A DNA stretch of 64,000 nucleotides from Octopus vulgaris (Eukaryota), in the NCBI GenBank assembly GCA_951406725.2, contig OX597828.1, positions 620,001 to 684,000 of the forward strand, read 5' to 3'. Of the stretch, positions 13,240 to 27,728 are shown piece by piece. Position 1 is the first letter of the stretch. Each line of letters starts with the position of its first letter. Both the position numbers and the translations under genes were made by a program. Under the pieces are notes generated by a model, which was given only the letters and a program-made list of their open reading frames with translations, ran no database searches and was not told the DNA's origin.

Positions 13240-15790
13240 AAAATGTATAAAAACCCACCTCCGAACTGACAGCTCAACAATTTCAAACAGGACATTACCA
13301 ATATGGTCAAAAACATAAAATTTAAACCCAAAAGAAAAGCAACCAACCCTCACTAATAAGATTATTAAAAAAACTTCAGAAATACCCTGGAATTCTCATC
13401 CTCGCTGATAAGACAGGCAATTTATACAATGTTTCCCTGGACAAATACTTAGATTTAATACTCAAGCAACTACACAAGGACTACAGAATTGTACCTGATT
13501 TGGCTCTAAAAGAAATCAACAACAAATATAGAGATCTCGTTCTTAAACTTGGACTTGAAGATAGGACTGAACCAGCTACACCTTGCCTACCCCATATAAA
13601 CTTAAAGGATCACAAAGAAAACTTCGCAGTGAGCCCCTCAGTTCACTTCATTTGCCTCTCCAGCGCCAATATAGGTAAGATCAGCAAAGTTATACTCGAT
13701 TGGGTAATACCCCAACTCTCTGCCACACCAACATTAAAACTCTGGACCAAAACCACTGAAGCTACCCAGTGGTTCAATTTTCTATGCCCAAAGCACACAT
13801 GAAAATTTATACACGTCGACATTGATTAATACTACTCTAGCATATCCCTTATTAATTTAAATAAGGCCTTAATTTTCACAAAAAACATTCCAACCTATCT
13901 CACGATGGTATTGATATAATATTAGCAACACACCAAAATATCTTACTGCTTGATGGGAAATCCTGGGCCTGCATGGATACACCCAACTTTTTTGACATCC
14001 CTAAGGGAGTCAGTGACTCCGCCCAAGTTACGGATTTTGATCTACACAGAGAAATGCTCTATTCACAATCCAAAATTCTAGCAACCGAAAAATCAAACAG
14101 ACTAGAAAAAGATTAAGAATTATTTTGGAAAAACGTTGGCCTTAGCATCTCCTTCTGTAACAACATTAAGACTGCTAATTTCTTGGACGTAACACTAAAC
14201 TTACAAAACCAAACCTTCTACCCATACCACAAACCTGGAGAAACCTCAACTACATGAGTTTCTCCTCCAGCCACCACACCTCCATCCTAAAATCTATTGT
14301 GGAAAGTGTTTCCCACCAGATTTCCTCACTATCTGCTAATAAGGATTTATTCAATCAATATGCAAAATACTACAACATGCCAACTATAAAAACTCAATTG
14401 AATACATCTCCATGTGGAATATTCCTCTCTCCACTAAACCCAGAACTGAAACCAGTTTCGCCCCCAACACCCATATAATAAATGTGAAATCTCCCCTATC
14501 CCACCACTCCAATACCCATCCAAATTTCAGAATAACAGACAACCTAACCTCTATATATATCACAACTCACTGAAACAGATACCAGTGTGCAGTTCTAATA
14601 ACCAATCCTCACCCAGTTAACCACCCACCTCAGAATAAATAAACAAGAACTCGGGACGTTATCTGATTCCACCCGCCTCCTTGCACTTAATGTTCAGACT
14701 CAAGTACTTAAACTTTTCTTTACCTACTTGAAAAATCTTTCCCTACATCTAGCCCTCTTAAAAAATATTTAACCCCACCAATCTATAAAACTCCACCACC
14801 ACCAACATTGCCAGAGTTACCCAATATCTTTAACAAGAAACTCAGAAATACACAACCAGTTAACCCCCACCCTAATAACTTAATTCAACATAACCCCCCA
14901 GCTTCACACATATAAACCCAAATCACCTTAACAACACTAAACCTCATAACCCCAACTATAATTCCACTACTAACATCCGATCCGTAAATTTACCAACTAT
15001 ACCTATTGTAAAAATAAAGAATGACACAGACAATACTACTGGGCATAATAATTATCATATTATACAACCTCACACCACCACCCTCAACTTCCTAGTAAAT
15101 ACTAACCTAACACCAGTTTCTCTCTAAATAACAATCCCCTCACAAGTTCATCCGGAACACCCCCTACAAACCTATGCAGCTTCAGGTACCCAACATCCTG
15201 TCCCTTATATAACCACTGTCTCACAAAAAACATTGTTTACAAGTGTACAGTATCAGCTGCCAGATGTAACTACATAAATATCAGCTCATGCAGCACCACC
15301 ACCTTCAAAGATAGAGTGAGCAACCATTACTCCAGTTTCAAGTCCCAAACAAAATCCAACAGTACATCGTTATCTCAACTTATCAATAAACAAGATTGAT
15401 TCAACTCCTTACACTCTCAAGTGGTCCACAGTCACCAACGCCAAGCCATACAGCAGCTATAATAACAAATGTGATCTCTACATAGCTGAGGTCTTAGCCA
15501 TTTTGCAATCCACAAATTGTCTTAATGAATGCAGCAGTCTAATTTTTACCTGCAAACATTGGTCAATAAATCTATTCTCAAACTACAAACAACCTCACCC
15601 CTCCCCACCTTCTTTTCCCCCTAACCTTCATAAATTCTCCTTCTTATTTACCCTCACTCCCACTATATATTAAACCAACACTATATCTTCCCTTTCATTC
15701 CTTGTTGTCATTTATATACTTCTCTCACTTTCTTTCCTTATCATTTATAAACTTCTTTCTTTTCTTTCACCTGCCTCCTCCTACCCCCTT
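13240..15790 (+). mobile_element. degenerate Penelope-like element (RT plus C-terminal GIY-YIG)
   Basis: LKDHKENF...IGKISKVILD, NFLDVTLNL...FYPYHKP and CLTKNIVYKCTV...FKDRVSNHYSSF; multiple stops and frameshifts. Confidence 0.8.
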
Positions 15791-16369
15791 GTTGCATTGC
15801 TTATTTTGTGACATCAGTTCATAGTGTTTGCTGCAAGGCATGGCAGAAAGTGGTATTTTTGTGGGTTCATAGAGGACTAACAGCCTTTCTGTGGGAGTAA
15901 TTAAGTTTGGTTTGGTGTTGCAAGATTGAACTGTCAGTATGGATGGGGCTGCAGTCTATATGGCCAGCAAGGGTTAAGTGCCATGCTCTTGAGAATGGAG
16001 CAGGCAAGCTTAGGTGTCATGTCTGGACTGTCAGATCCCAGTGATTTGAAGTTCATTAACAGGGCATACCTCTTGCAGTTGATGGACATTGTAGGTTGGT
16101 GGAGTATATGTAATATCTTGCAGAGTGAGCAGTTGCGAGTTTCAGGAGAGTAAGTCAATGATACTCCATTTGATGTTGAGTAAATCATTCAGGTGGTTAC
16201 AAAGTCTCCAGATAAAATGGGACAACATTCCCTATCCCTGCACCTGAAACAATACATATGCTGTGTATACCTTCCCTTGAAGTCACTGGCTTCATGCCTG
16301 TGTAATGTCTTGTAATGCCACCAGATGGTGTGAGAAAGGCCATATAGATGACGGCCCTTCAGAGTAGGA

Positions 16370-16650
16370 TCCTCTCAGTAGGTAGAATTTGGGCAGTTGC
16401 AGGTTAGGCTATCTACTGGATACTGTGCATGCAGAACTCTCAGGCGTTTTGGCAGGATGCTGAAGAGTTGTGGGACCTTGAAACCCAAGCTGTTGCAGTA
16501 TTTGGTCCTGTATCTTGATAGCAATGTTGGGATCATTAGCACTATGCAATGGCACCCCTTTCTGCTGTTTGTGTAACTTACAATGCCAAAGTTTGATATA
16601 AGTCCTTCCAAGATTTTCCAGTTATATATATCACTGCACATCTTTCTCAC
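16370..16650 (-). mobile_element. CR1/L2-like LINE 3' fragment
   Basis: SRYRTKYCNSLGFKVPQLFSILPKRLR resembles the ORF2 C-terminus of this LINE group. Confidence 0.55.
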
Positions 16651-17489
16651 CTTTATTCTTGGGAGAAGAGTTAACATCTCCCTTTTATTGAAGCATTTAG
16701 TTATGGGGATATAAACAAACCAACACCCGTGGTCAAGCAGTAGTGGGAGACAAACACACACACATACATATATATGACAGACTTCCATACAGTTTCCGTC
16801 TACCAAATTCACTCACAAGTCATTGGTCAGCCCAGGGCTGGTCATAGTAGTGAGTTTCTTAACCACACAGCTAAGCTCATAGACATTAGTGAGAAAACTG
16901 CCAATAAAAAATTGGCACACCTATCAGAAATACCATGTGGTGTTTATTCTGCCCAAGTTGCACAGACACTTATGACTACAATTTGTCCCCTAAACACAAC
17001 CCCATCTAAAGTCTACTAGATTTACTTCTGAGACACTATGCTGAGCCTGTTTCTTTATACCCTTAGATTCAGTTAAAAAAAAACACTAGTGACCTTTCAA
17101 AAATGCTTCTTAATCATTTCATATTTCAATCCATGCATGGCTATCATGTTCTAAAAATTAGAATTCCATAACCTGCAAGATGAGAAGAGGTTTCTAAATC
17201 CTAGCTCCTCAATATCTTGAAGGCAAGGGATGCAGGGGACAGTCATTCCCACCACATTGACCCCCATCACCACCCTCACTGTCTCATAGTACAACATGAC
17301 CAATTCTGATGAACTGGAATCAAGTAAGCCCCCCCCACACACACACAACCTACACATAAATATGTAGCCTTTTACAAAGTAAAAAGTTATTTCCCCAGGT
17401 CATCGTAGACTTTCACTGATAAAATAAAGTACCAGTCAGATTAATCCCTTCCTTTTAAAACTTCTTAAATTAGACAGTTATTATTATTA

Positions 17490-18080
17490 TTATTACGAAG
17501 GTAATTAGCCAACACACTGGACAAAATGCTTAACATTTCTTCCAGCTCTTTATATATGGAGTTGAAAAGCTATTAATGTCAACTATACCTTCCATCCTTT
17601 TGGGGGGTCAATAAAATGAGCACAAGTTGAGAAGTTGGGGCCAATAACTTTACACTTCCCTCAAAACTGCTGGCTCTGTGCTCAAATTACAAAGAACTTA
17701 TTATTAACAATTAAAAGGTGGTTAACAAGCAGAATCATTAGTTTGCTGGGAAAGAATGCTTAGTAGCATTTATTGTGGCTCTTTACATTCTGATTTCAAA
17801 TCCCATCAAAGACAATTTTCCCTTTCATTTTTGGGATTAAATAAAGGGCCACTCAAGCAATAGGGTTAATGAAATCAATTCACCCCCCCCCCTCACACAC
17901 ACACACACATACCCATTAAATTGTTGGTTTAGTATCAAAATTAGAAAGAATTATTATTATTATTATGGCAGTGAGCAAACAGAATTGTTTTCTCGTGTTG
18001 AACAAAGTGCAAAATGGCATTTCTTCTGGTTCTTTATGTTCTGAGTTCAAATCCTGCTGCGCTCAATTTTATTTATCATC
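17490..18080 (+). mobile_element. cluster of tRNA-derived SINE copies
   Basis: Repeated head (aaaatgctta...gagttcaaat) and core (ctttcatccttttggggtc...ataaa...gtacca), separated by (ATT)n. Confidence 0.7.
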
Positions 18081-19903
18081 CTAGGGCTATTAGACAAAAG
18101 AAACAGGCTTGGAAGGACTGGAAGAACGGTGGTAGCAGGGAAGTGCATCAGACTGCCAGAAGGGAAGCTAGGAGGCAGGTGTATTTAGCCAGAGGGGAAG
18201 CAGATAAGAAAAAATTTGCCAATGTTCTGCACCGTGAGGATGAAAGACTTGAGGTATTTCGTATTGCAAGACAGTGTGTGAGAGAAAATCGTGACGTGGT
18301 AGGAGAGAAATATGTTCGCAAGGATGATGGCTCACTTGCGCTAAATGAGGATGCAAAGAGAGAGGTTTGGAGACGCCACTATGAAAGGTTGCTGAATGAG
18401 GAAACTGCCGAATGTCAACCCAACAGAGGGATCAGCAATCCGAGTTGACAGTTCCTTAGTAGTTAAGGCAATTACAAGCATGAAAACAGGGAAAGCCCCT
18501 GGCCCATCAGGAATTACTGCAGAGATGCTCAAAATATCTGGTAGTGTTGGCTATGGCCTAGTCACCCGTATAGTTAACCAGGTGATACACGAAGGAGTCA
18601 TACCCAATGACTGGTGTAGCAGCATAATAGTCAACTGCTACAAAGGTAAAGGTGACGCTCTAGATACAAATAACTGCAGGGGTATCAAGCTGCTGGATCA
18701 GGTAATGAAGGTCACGGAGAGGGTTATAGCCCAACTAATTAGAGAGAGAGTTAGCTTAGATGAGATGCAGTTTAGGTTCGTGCCAGGGAAAAGTACTACT
18801 GATGCTATATTCCTGGTAAGATAGCTGCAGGAGAAATACCAAGCCAAAGACAAGCCCCTGTACCTGGCTTTTGTTGATATGGAGAAAGCCTTCGACAGGG
18901 TCCCCCGATTCCTTATCTGGTGGTCAATGAGGAAACTAGGGATAGATGAATGGTTAGTGAGAGCTGTGCAAGCCATGTACAGAGACGCTGCTAGTAAAGT
19001 GAGGGTTGGCAACGAGTACAGTGAAGAATTCCGGGTAGAGGTTGGGGTTCACCAAGGTTCAGTCCTCAGTCCCCTCCTATTTATCATAGTCCTCCAGGCA
19101 ATAACGGAGGAATTCAAGACAGGATGCCCCTGGGAGCTCCTCTATGCTGATGACCTTGCTCTAATTGCTGAGTCTCTATCAGAACTGGAGGAGAAGTTTC
19201 AGGTGTGGAAGCAAGGCTTAGAATCAACCTAGCCAAAACAAAAGTCCTAATAAGTAGGAAGGTAGACCAATCACAAACGCCTTCAGGTAGATGGCCCTGC
19301 TCCATCTGTAAAAAAGGCGTAGGTAGAAAATCTATAAGGTGCACCAAGTGTAAGCTATGGACACATAAGAGGTGTAGTAATGTCAAAGGAAGACTAACTA
19401 GGAAAATAGTTTTTATCCGTGGCAAATGCTCAGGAGCAATAAACTCTGAAAATATGCAGTGAAGACCCGTTGAGATAAGTGAAAATCAAATCAAATCAAA
19501 ATCAAACCAAATCAAATCATGGAAATTGCAGCTGTGGTTAAGCGAACCATCCGATCGTAGCTGCTGCAAGCGCTGCCCCGACTGGGCTCCGTGCCGGTGG
19601 CACATAAAAGCACCATTCGTTCGTGTCCGTTGCCAGCCTCGCCTGGCCCCGTGCCGGTGGCACGTAAAAGCACCATCCGTTCGTGGCCGTTTGCCAGCTC
19701 CGTCTGGCACCTGTGCGGGTGGCATGTAAAAAGCATCCACTACACTCACAGAGTGGTTGGCGTTAGGAAGGGCATCCAGCCGCAGAAACACTGCCAGATC
19801 AGACTGGGTCTGATGCAGCCTCCTGGCTCCACAGACCCCAGTTGAACCGTCTAACCCATGCTAGCATGGAAAGCGGACGCCAAATGATGATGATGATGAT
19901 GAT
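18081..19903 (+). mobile_element. 5'-truncated RTE-clade LINE (RT pseudogene) with 3' UTR and (GAT)n tail
   Basis: KTGKAPGPSG, CYKGKGD, DMEKAFDRV, GVHQGSVLSPLLF, LLYADD and a PHD-like CxxC region; one in-frame stop and frameshifts. Confidence 0.93.
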
Positions 19904-20169
19904 CCTTTTGCTGTTGATAAAATGATTGACTTAATGAAACCCCAAGTAGTAGTAGAATTACCAGAATATTGAAAAAACGGCTCCGTGGAAAGATGATATC
20001 CTTGCACAACAGCTGAATACAAAATGTCAACTTGTAGATTCGCAAACGGAATGCTAATACAAATATGTCTCCTCCACTGTCACATAGCAACGGGAGATGA
20101 TAACCAAGGGAGATAAATCATCCGAGTTATCTCCCTTAGAAGAACCGGCTCGAATAGGCTGCCAAAACT

Positions 20170-21173
20170 GAACTGTTTCAAAATTTGGCAGAAGACTATT
20201 ATAAGGGAGGGTGTTAAATCAATTACACTGACCCAAGTGTTCAACTGGTACTTATCTTATTGACCCCGAAAGGATGGAAGGCAAAGTCGACCACGGTGAA
20301 GGTAAAGAGCCTGAAGAAATGCCACTAAGCCGATAATAATAATCCTTTCTACTATAGGCACAAGGCCTGAAATTTTGGGGGCAGAGACTAGTCGATTACA
20401 TTGACCCCAGTGTTTCACCCGTAGTTAATTTATCGACCCCAAAAGGATGAAAGGCAAAGTCGACCTCAGAACGAAAGGCGAACGAAATGCTGCTAAGCAT
20501 TTTGCCTGGCATGCAAACGATTCTGCCAGCTCCTGCTTCAGGCACAAGATCTGAAATTTTTGATAGAGGAGGCTGACTACATCGTCCTAGACAGGATGAA
20601 AGGCAAATTCAGTGTCAGCAGAATTTGAACTCAGAAGATGAAATGCTACAAAGCATTTTGTCTGGTGTCTTAACAATTCTGCCAACTTGCTGCCTTCTTT
20701 AATAATAATAATAAAAATAATAATGATGATGATGATGGTGATGATGATGAGAAATCATGTTGATTTCAACATATGAGTGTTTGAAGGAAAGGATTAAAAA
20801 TGAAAGTAAAAAAAAACGAAAAACAGATTTAAAAAAAGCTGCATATATTTTGCTCTGAAGTCATAATAGGGAAAATGAGGATTTTGATTTTGCCTGGAAT
20901 TAAACAAATGCATCTTTTGACTGCAGAATATAATTCTTTTGTTGTTCTATTTCTTACATTTTGGCACAAGGCCAGCAAATTCAGGAGAGTGGGGTAAGTT
21001 GATTACATCGATCCCATTGCTCAACTGGTACATATTTTATTGACCCCCGCAAAATGGATGAAAGGTAAAATCAACTTCAACGGAATTTGAAATGAGAAAA
21101 TAAAGATGGACAAAATGCCCCTGATGAGCTCACAATTCTGCCAGCTTGTCACCTTGATGATGATGATGATTAC

Positions 21174-21217
<44 letters not shown>

Positions 21218-21550
21218 TAATAATAATGATAATAATAATGATAATGGTTTCAAATTTTGGCACAAGTTCAGGGGATTAAGTGAATTACATTGGGTCCAGC
21301 TGTTCCTTATTTCATTGGAACCCAAAAAACAAAAGGCAAAGTTGGGATTTGAACTCAGAACATGATTAAATGCTGCTAGGCATTTTGTCTGGTTAACAAT
21401 TCTTTCAAATTTTGGCAAAGGGGCCAGCAGTCATTGAGGGAGAGAAGGAAGTCAATTATATGCTTCCCCAGTACTTGACCGGTACTTCTTTTATCCTAAA
21501 ATTTTAAGGGGAGGGGTCTAGTTGATTACATCGACCCCAGTGTGCAAGAG
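20170..21550 (-). mobile_element. dense array of tRNA-derived SINEs
   Basis: At least six copies of gaccccgaaaggatgaaaggcaaagtcgacc...tgaactcag, separated by (AAT)n/(GAT)n. Confidence 0.75.
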
Positions 21551-22272
21551 AAAGATAAAAACGAACTGCTGCTGCTAATAATAATGATAATGATGATGAT
21601 GATAATTTCTTTGAATTAGACCCAAGTAAGGTTGTTATAATTAATTGAATTAATTCAGCATTTTCTAGTCCATGTAGTATTAAAAATCTCTAACCCCCAC
21701 CCACCCACCAGATTCTGGATGAACAAACACAAAATGAATTTAATTCCATTTTTGGGCAGAGAGGATCAAAATAAAAAATATAGAGAGACCTGTTTGTGCA
21801 ACAGCAACAAAAAAACAGTAGCAACAGCAGCAGCAGAATGAAAGCAACATTTGAAAAATGGTTATGGAATACATGAAGCAGAATATAGGCTACATGTGTG
21901 GATGAAGAGAAATTAATTATGCTACATGTTAGTGCTTCAAATATCCATACTTCATGGGGGAAATATTTAATGCATGTGTGTGTGTGTGTGTGTGCACATG
22001 GAGAATGTTTAGATTACATGTTGAGAAATAATTAGTTTATGTGTGAAGGAATCAAGGTAGCAAGAACTAAATTTAAGTCACATGAGATGGCAATAGCCAG
22101 ACAACATGTGGTCCAGTTTCATGATGCAGAATATTTAGGTAAATAGCAGTATAAGTGTTATAGATACTGAGAAATAGTCAAGCTGTAAGATATGCAAAAA
22201 CATCTGAGCAACATGTAGAGAAATATCGAACACACATAAACACACGTGTATGTGTATTATCTATATGTGTAT

Positions 22273-22305
<33 letters not shown>

Positions 22306-22322
22306 ATTTATTATATAGAAGG

Positions 22323-22373
22323 AGCTTCTACAGGACTAGAACTGTTTCATTCAAGAGAAATCTTCAGGAAGCT
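22323..22373 (-). ncRNA. type I hammerhead ribozyme motif (mirror copy)
   Basis: Exact reverse complement of 22370-22420. Confidence 0.7.
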
Positions 22374-22420
22374 TCCTGAAGATTTCTCTTGAATGAAACA
22401 GTTCTAGTCCTGTAGAAGCT
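22370..22420 (+). ncRNA. type I hammerhead ribozyme motif
   Basis: agcttc-CTGAAGA-t(ttc tctt gaa)t-GAAAcag-ttctagtc-ctGTA^gaagct. 6-bp helix I, canonical core, weak helix II. Confidence 0.7.
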
Positions 22421-24057
22421 CCTTCTATATAATAAATTAATTTTACTCTGCTATGTATTGAGTACCTTATTTACTGTGGTTAACCCCGAATCAACCCGGG
22501 ACCTACATATATATATATATATATATATAAAACAATAATACATGAGTTGAGGTGTTCACTATTGATGAACAAAAGTGTTACATTATGCAAAAAACACTTA
22601 GAATTTCTCACACAATGGAACATAATGCAAGACAGCCCTACCAACCAGTTTGTGGCTGGAAGAGTGAATAGCAGAAATTATTCCTAAATTGATATTAATG
22701 AACTTATTAAGGGACCGGAATAAGGTAAGGAAGTAGTGGGAGAAGATGAAGGAGAGATAAAAAAAGGAAGAAGGGGAAGACACAATATGATCTACCATCA
22801 TTAAAATGAAGATAAGATGAACCAAGTGTTGTAGATTAATATTGTGTGTGATAAGGACCCTATATTAAGGGGTCAAAAAAATGTTCAGCATGTTCCCTTA
22901 GAAAAATGTATCTATTAAAACACTTGAGAATCTCCAACAAACACATAAATTCAACAAACGAGATTTTTTCTGTATGTCCATATTTCAGGAAATACATTTT
23001 GTTGGAATTTAAAATTAGACCACTGGACACTTGGTTTATGTCTGCTTGACATCAAATTATTGAATTATTGGTTTTTCTCCCTTATCTTTTTCTTCCTATC
23101 TTCTTTACAAGCATCTCTTGTTTAAATATTATCTGCTCAAAAGACAACTAACAATTGGCCTTGTTTTCAGCTTGATAAATGGTAGAATAAACTATTATTT
23201 CAAAACTGGTCCCTTTGACTTTAAGTTTCCAGACTAAAGCCAAAAGGATTGTTGAATGTCTCTTTTCACATCATCTAAAATTTGAAAGTCTGTTGTTATA
23301 ACCCAATTTAAATTTTTCTTCATTCAGAGACATATGGAAGGTCCATATGTATGGATCTGGAGCCCATAGCCAACTGTAGATTATGTGCAGTGAGTGCACT
23401 CACATGTGACCTTGAAGATACATTGCATATTCTGTCAGTATTTGTGGATGTGTACATAACTGGAAGGACAAATCCATATTTATTTTAGTAAATACATATA
23501 TGTCAGTAGACATTGTACATTAGTGCACTATCTCTTACCTTACCTTGGTACTTTTACTATTTAAATACCTGATTCTATTGATCCTGAAAATTTTATTTTA
23601 TATATATACACACACACACACATATATATGTATAAAACTTATGTATAGATATGTGCGTGTAGCAGTGTAGTAAGAAATTTGCTTCCCAACCACATGGAAC
23701 TTGGTTCAGTCCCATTGTGTGGCATCTTGGGCATGTATCTGCTATTATAGTGCCACGTTCACTAAAGCATGACAGAAACTGAGAGAAACCAATCATGTGT
23801 GTATGTGTCTTTGTGCTTGTCCCTGCCACTGCCTGACAACCATTGTGGTTTCTTTGCATTTTCATTACTTGGACATTTGGCAAAAGAGACTGACAGCGTA
23901 AGGACCAGGCTTTAAGAGAAAAAGCACTGGAGTTGATCTTCCATCTGACTAAAACCACTAAAGACCACAGTACCACAGAATGAATGAAGTCCAACAGCTG
24001 AAACAAGTAACTATAACTATGTGTGTGTGTGTGCGTGTGTGTGTATATATATATATA

Positions 24058-24188
<131 letters not shown>

Positions 24189-24574
24189 GTTTTAGTTGAA
24201 TGAGTCAACGCCATGATTTAATGACCTTTTTCCCATGCTGACATGGGTTGGACAGCTCGACAAGACAGGGCTCCACCAGGTTCCATGTCCACTTTGGCAT
24301 GGTTTCTACAGCTGGATGCCCTGCCTAATGCTAGCCACTTAACAGGGTGGACTGGATGCTTTTTATATGGTACCAGCCATGGGTTTTGCAGTAAATCACT
24401 AAATCATCCATAATTTTTGTATTATCCTCTCAAATTACACCAAAATCTCAGGCAATAACAAATAATATCGTATTTATTGTCTGTGAAAATTATAGAATAT
24501 AAAACAACTTTGATAAAAAATTATATCTACTTTTCTGACGGAAACAATGCCGTTCTGAACATTTTGGCCGCAAC

Positions 24575-24612
<38 letters not shown>

Positions 24613-24980
24613 CCACAAGTCTGTGAATATGTATATATTCACAGACTTGTGGTACATGTAACCACTCATATTGCTAACCAGAGATAATCCTTCGCTGCTG
24701 ATTATCTCCCTTCAGCAATATAAACCTGAGGGCTTTATACACATCACAAGTCCGATATAAAAGCTCCTCTCATGGTCACTATTGCGGTGTTCTAACACAA
24801 CATCCACTTTTAAGAAGGGATAACTATCACCTTTTGGCCTTCTGTCGCTATTAATTACTTTTTAATAATCCCACTTATATATAAGCACAGGAAGTAGTGC
24901 ATAAATGGCTGCACGACCAGCCATATTCCTTCTTCTCTGATGGGAGAAGTAAGTTTGTATTCTCCTGGAAGAAGTGCATA

Positions 24981-26559
24981 TCTATATATATAAAACTGTA
25001 GTTGTGTGAGTGTCTGTCCCCTTCGATTTAGATTCCTAACTACTCCCACATTTTGCGGTGCAGTTTAACCAAATTCGGGTATCTTATAGTCGTGATTCAT
25101 ATCGAGCCCGTCTGAGTATTAGCGCGCGTCTACGATGAGTCTACGATTTTTAAAATAATTTAACATCATTTTTTATTCCATTTTAATGCATAATTTTTCG
25201 TGTGTCGATGGCGGCGGAATTGGCGTCCATGGTCACACCTGCACCTGTTTACTTCTCCCCCTTCTTCCCTCCCTCGTGAAGCTGTGGGGAAGGGAGTGTA
25301 AGGAAATCAACGTCGTAAAGTGTTGTCAAGGAGACCAGCGTTCTTTTAGAACAACGACTTCATGGCTTGAAGACACCAAAACAGAAATGGCTAAGAAAGC
25401 CCGAATTGGCATCTATAAGGGAAGTAACTCTCTAAAAATGCTTATATAGTTATTTCCCTTACAAACCCGAGCAACGCCGAGCGATACTGCTAGTCTATAT
25501 ATATAAAAGTGAGGTTGTGTGCTGTCTGTCTCCTACGATTTAGATTCCTAACTACTCCCACATTTTGCGGTGCAGTTTAACCAAATTCGGGTATCTTATA
25601 GTCGTGATTCATATCGAGCCTGTCTGGGTATTAGCGCGCGTCTACGATGAGTCTACGATTTTAAAAATAATTTACCATAATTTTTTTCCATTTTAACGCA
25701 TATTTTTTCGTGTGTCGATGGCGGTGGAGTTAGCGTCCATGCTCACACCTGCACCCGTGTTGCTTCTCCCCCTTCTTCCCTCCCTCGTAAAGTGTGACTG
25801 CGCATGCGCGAACGTGTGACTGTGCATGCGCAGTCACACTGTCGCGCATGCGCAGTCACACTTTCGCGCATGCGCACGCACACGTCCGCGCATGCGCAGT
25901 CACACTTTCGCGCATGCGCAGCCACACTTTCGTGCATATGCAGTCACACTTTTGCGCATGCGCAGCCACACTTTCGTGCATGCGCAGTCACACATTCGCA
26001 CGCAAACCTTCGCGCACGCGCATTTACACTTTCGCGCATGCGCAGTCACACGTTCGGGCATGCGCAGTCACACGTTCGGGCATGCGCAGTCACACGTACG
26101 CGCATGCGCATGCACACGTTCGTGCATGCGCAGTCGCACTTTCGCGCATGCGCACGCACAAATCTTTATATATAAAAGTGAAGTTGTGTGTCTGTCTCCT
26201 ACGATTTAGATTCCTAACTACTCCCACATTTTGCGGTGCAGTTTAACAAAAACTGGGTATCTTATAGTCGTGATTCATATCGAGCCCTTCTGGGTATTAG
26301 CACGCGTCTACGATGAGTCTACGATTTTAAAAATAATTTACCATCATTTTTTTCCATTTTAATGCATTTTTTTTGCTATTATATAAGGGAGGTAACTCTC
26401 TAAAAATGTCTACGATGAGTCAACGATTTTAAAAAAATTTACTATAATTTTTTTTCCTTTTTTAATGCATTTTTTTGCTATTTTTTGGCTATAACTCTCT
26501 AAAAATGCTTTATAGTTATTTCCCTTACAAACCCGAGCAACGCCGGGCGATACTGCTAG
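24981..26559 (+). mobile_element. head-to-tail non-autonomous Helitrons (24981-25493; 25494-26559 with an internal 5' end at 26163)
   Basis: TC starts, hairpin plus CTAG ends, and a CTAG|TC junction at 25493/25494. Confidence 0.8.
25792..26160. repeat. CpG-rich minisatellite, about 20-22-bp unit (gcgcatgcgcagtcacact)
   Basis: Direct inspection; lies inside the Helitron. Confidence 0.9.
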
Positions 26560-26616
26560 TACGTTATATACATATTATATGTGTGTATGTGTGTGTGTGT
26601 GTATGCATATATACAT

Positions 26617-26663
<47 letters not shown>

Positions 26664-27248
26664 TACATATGTATTCTCATTCCACTCACCTAACCAATAG
26701 AGAGAGTAATACAAGTAGCATGTTTTGTTTTGTTTTCGTTGGCATTAGTGTGTGTGTGTGTGCATGGAAGGTTATTTGAAATGGCTTAGTACTCTATCCA
26801 GGGGTGGATGTGTGTGTGTGTTTGAGATTTGTTTCTATGAGAACTGGAGTGAGAAGTGGATGTGCCAATGGATGTTTCAGGATTCAATAAAAAGCTGGGA
26901 GTGAGCTTTGAAACAACAATAACATTAACAACAGCAACAATAATAAATAGCAACAGTAATTGGTCAAAAAGCACAGGCATGAATGCCATAAATTCAGCAT
27001 CAAAATAATCAAATAAAAAAAAGAAAATATTTAATAAACAATTTCAGGATTAAATCAGTTTTAGCAGCAAAAACAATCCCGAAATAAGCTTTTGTGTTTT
27101 TTATGTTGTAATTATTGAGTAATATACTATTTAGGGCTATGAGGGTTTGAGGGGGAGAGGGGTTACTTTTAAAAAGTAGAATCATAGGTTCAAATCTCAC
27201 TTCACTTACAGTAGTTGATTTCCTGTGTGTGTGTGTGTGTGTGTGTGT

Positions 27249-27312
<64 letters not shown>

Positions 27313-27694
27313 TTGCATGCATTAGACAGGGCATTGTCTTACTGCCCTTCCTATAGATAACCCCTATCTAGTTTTCAAGTAAAGGAGCCCTTCTTCAAAG
27401 GCATGACAATTTAATGGCAGAAGTGACAGCACTTGTAGTTCATGGCCTTCATAGACTACATACACACACACATGCACGCACGCACACATCTCACTATGTT
27501 AATTTATTTCAGTGACAAAGTCCCCTTGTCATCTGAATCAATGCACAAAGTGTGACATTCCATGGAGTGATGGAGTGGAAGCAACAAGTAAAAAACATTG
27601 CCCTCCATCTATTCAGTACTCTTTCTACCAATTGCATATCCAAATGAGCACACACACATAAATATAAGTACATATATGTGTGTGAGTAAATGTA

Positions 27695-27728
<34 letters not shown>

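Larger units (their letters stand above)
22304..22439. repeat. perfect 136-bp palindrome
   Basis: 68-bp arms with no spacer, centred on AAGCTT (22369-22374), in a (TA)n-flanked insert. Confidence 0.97.

Noticed and set aside
25794-26246. His/Ala/Cys-rich ORFs in three frames
   Set aside because: Minisatellite translation.
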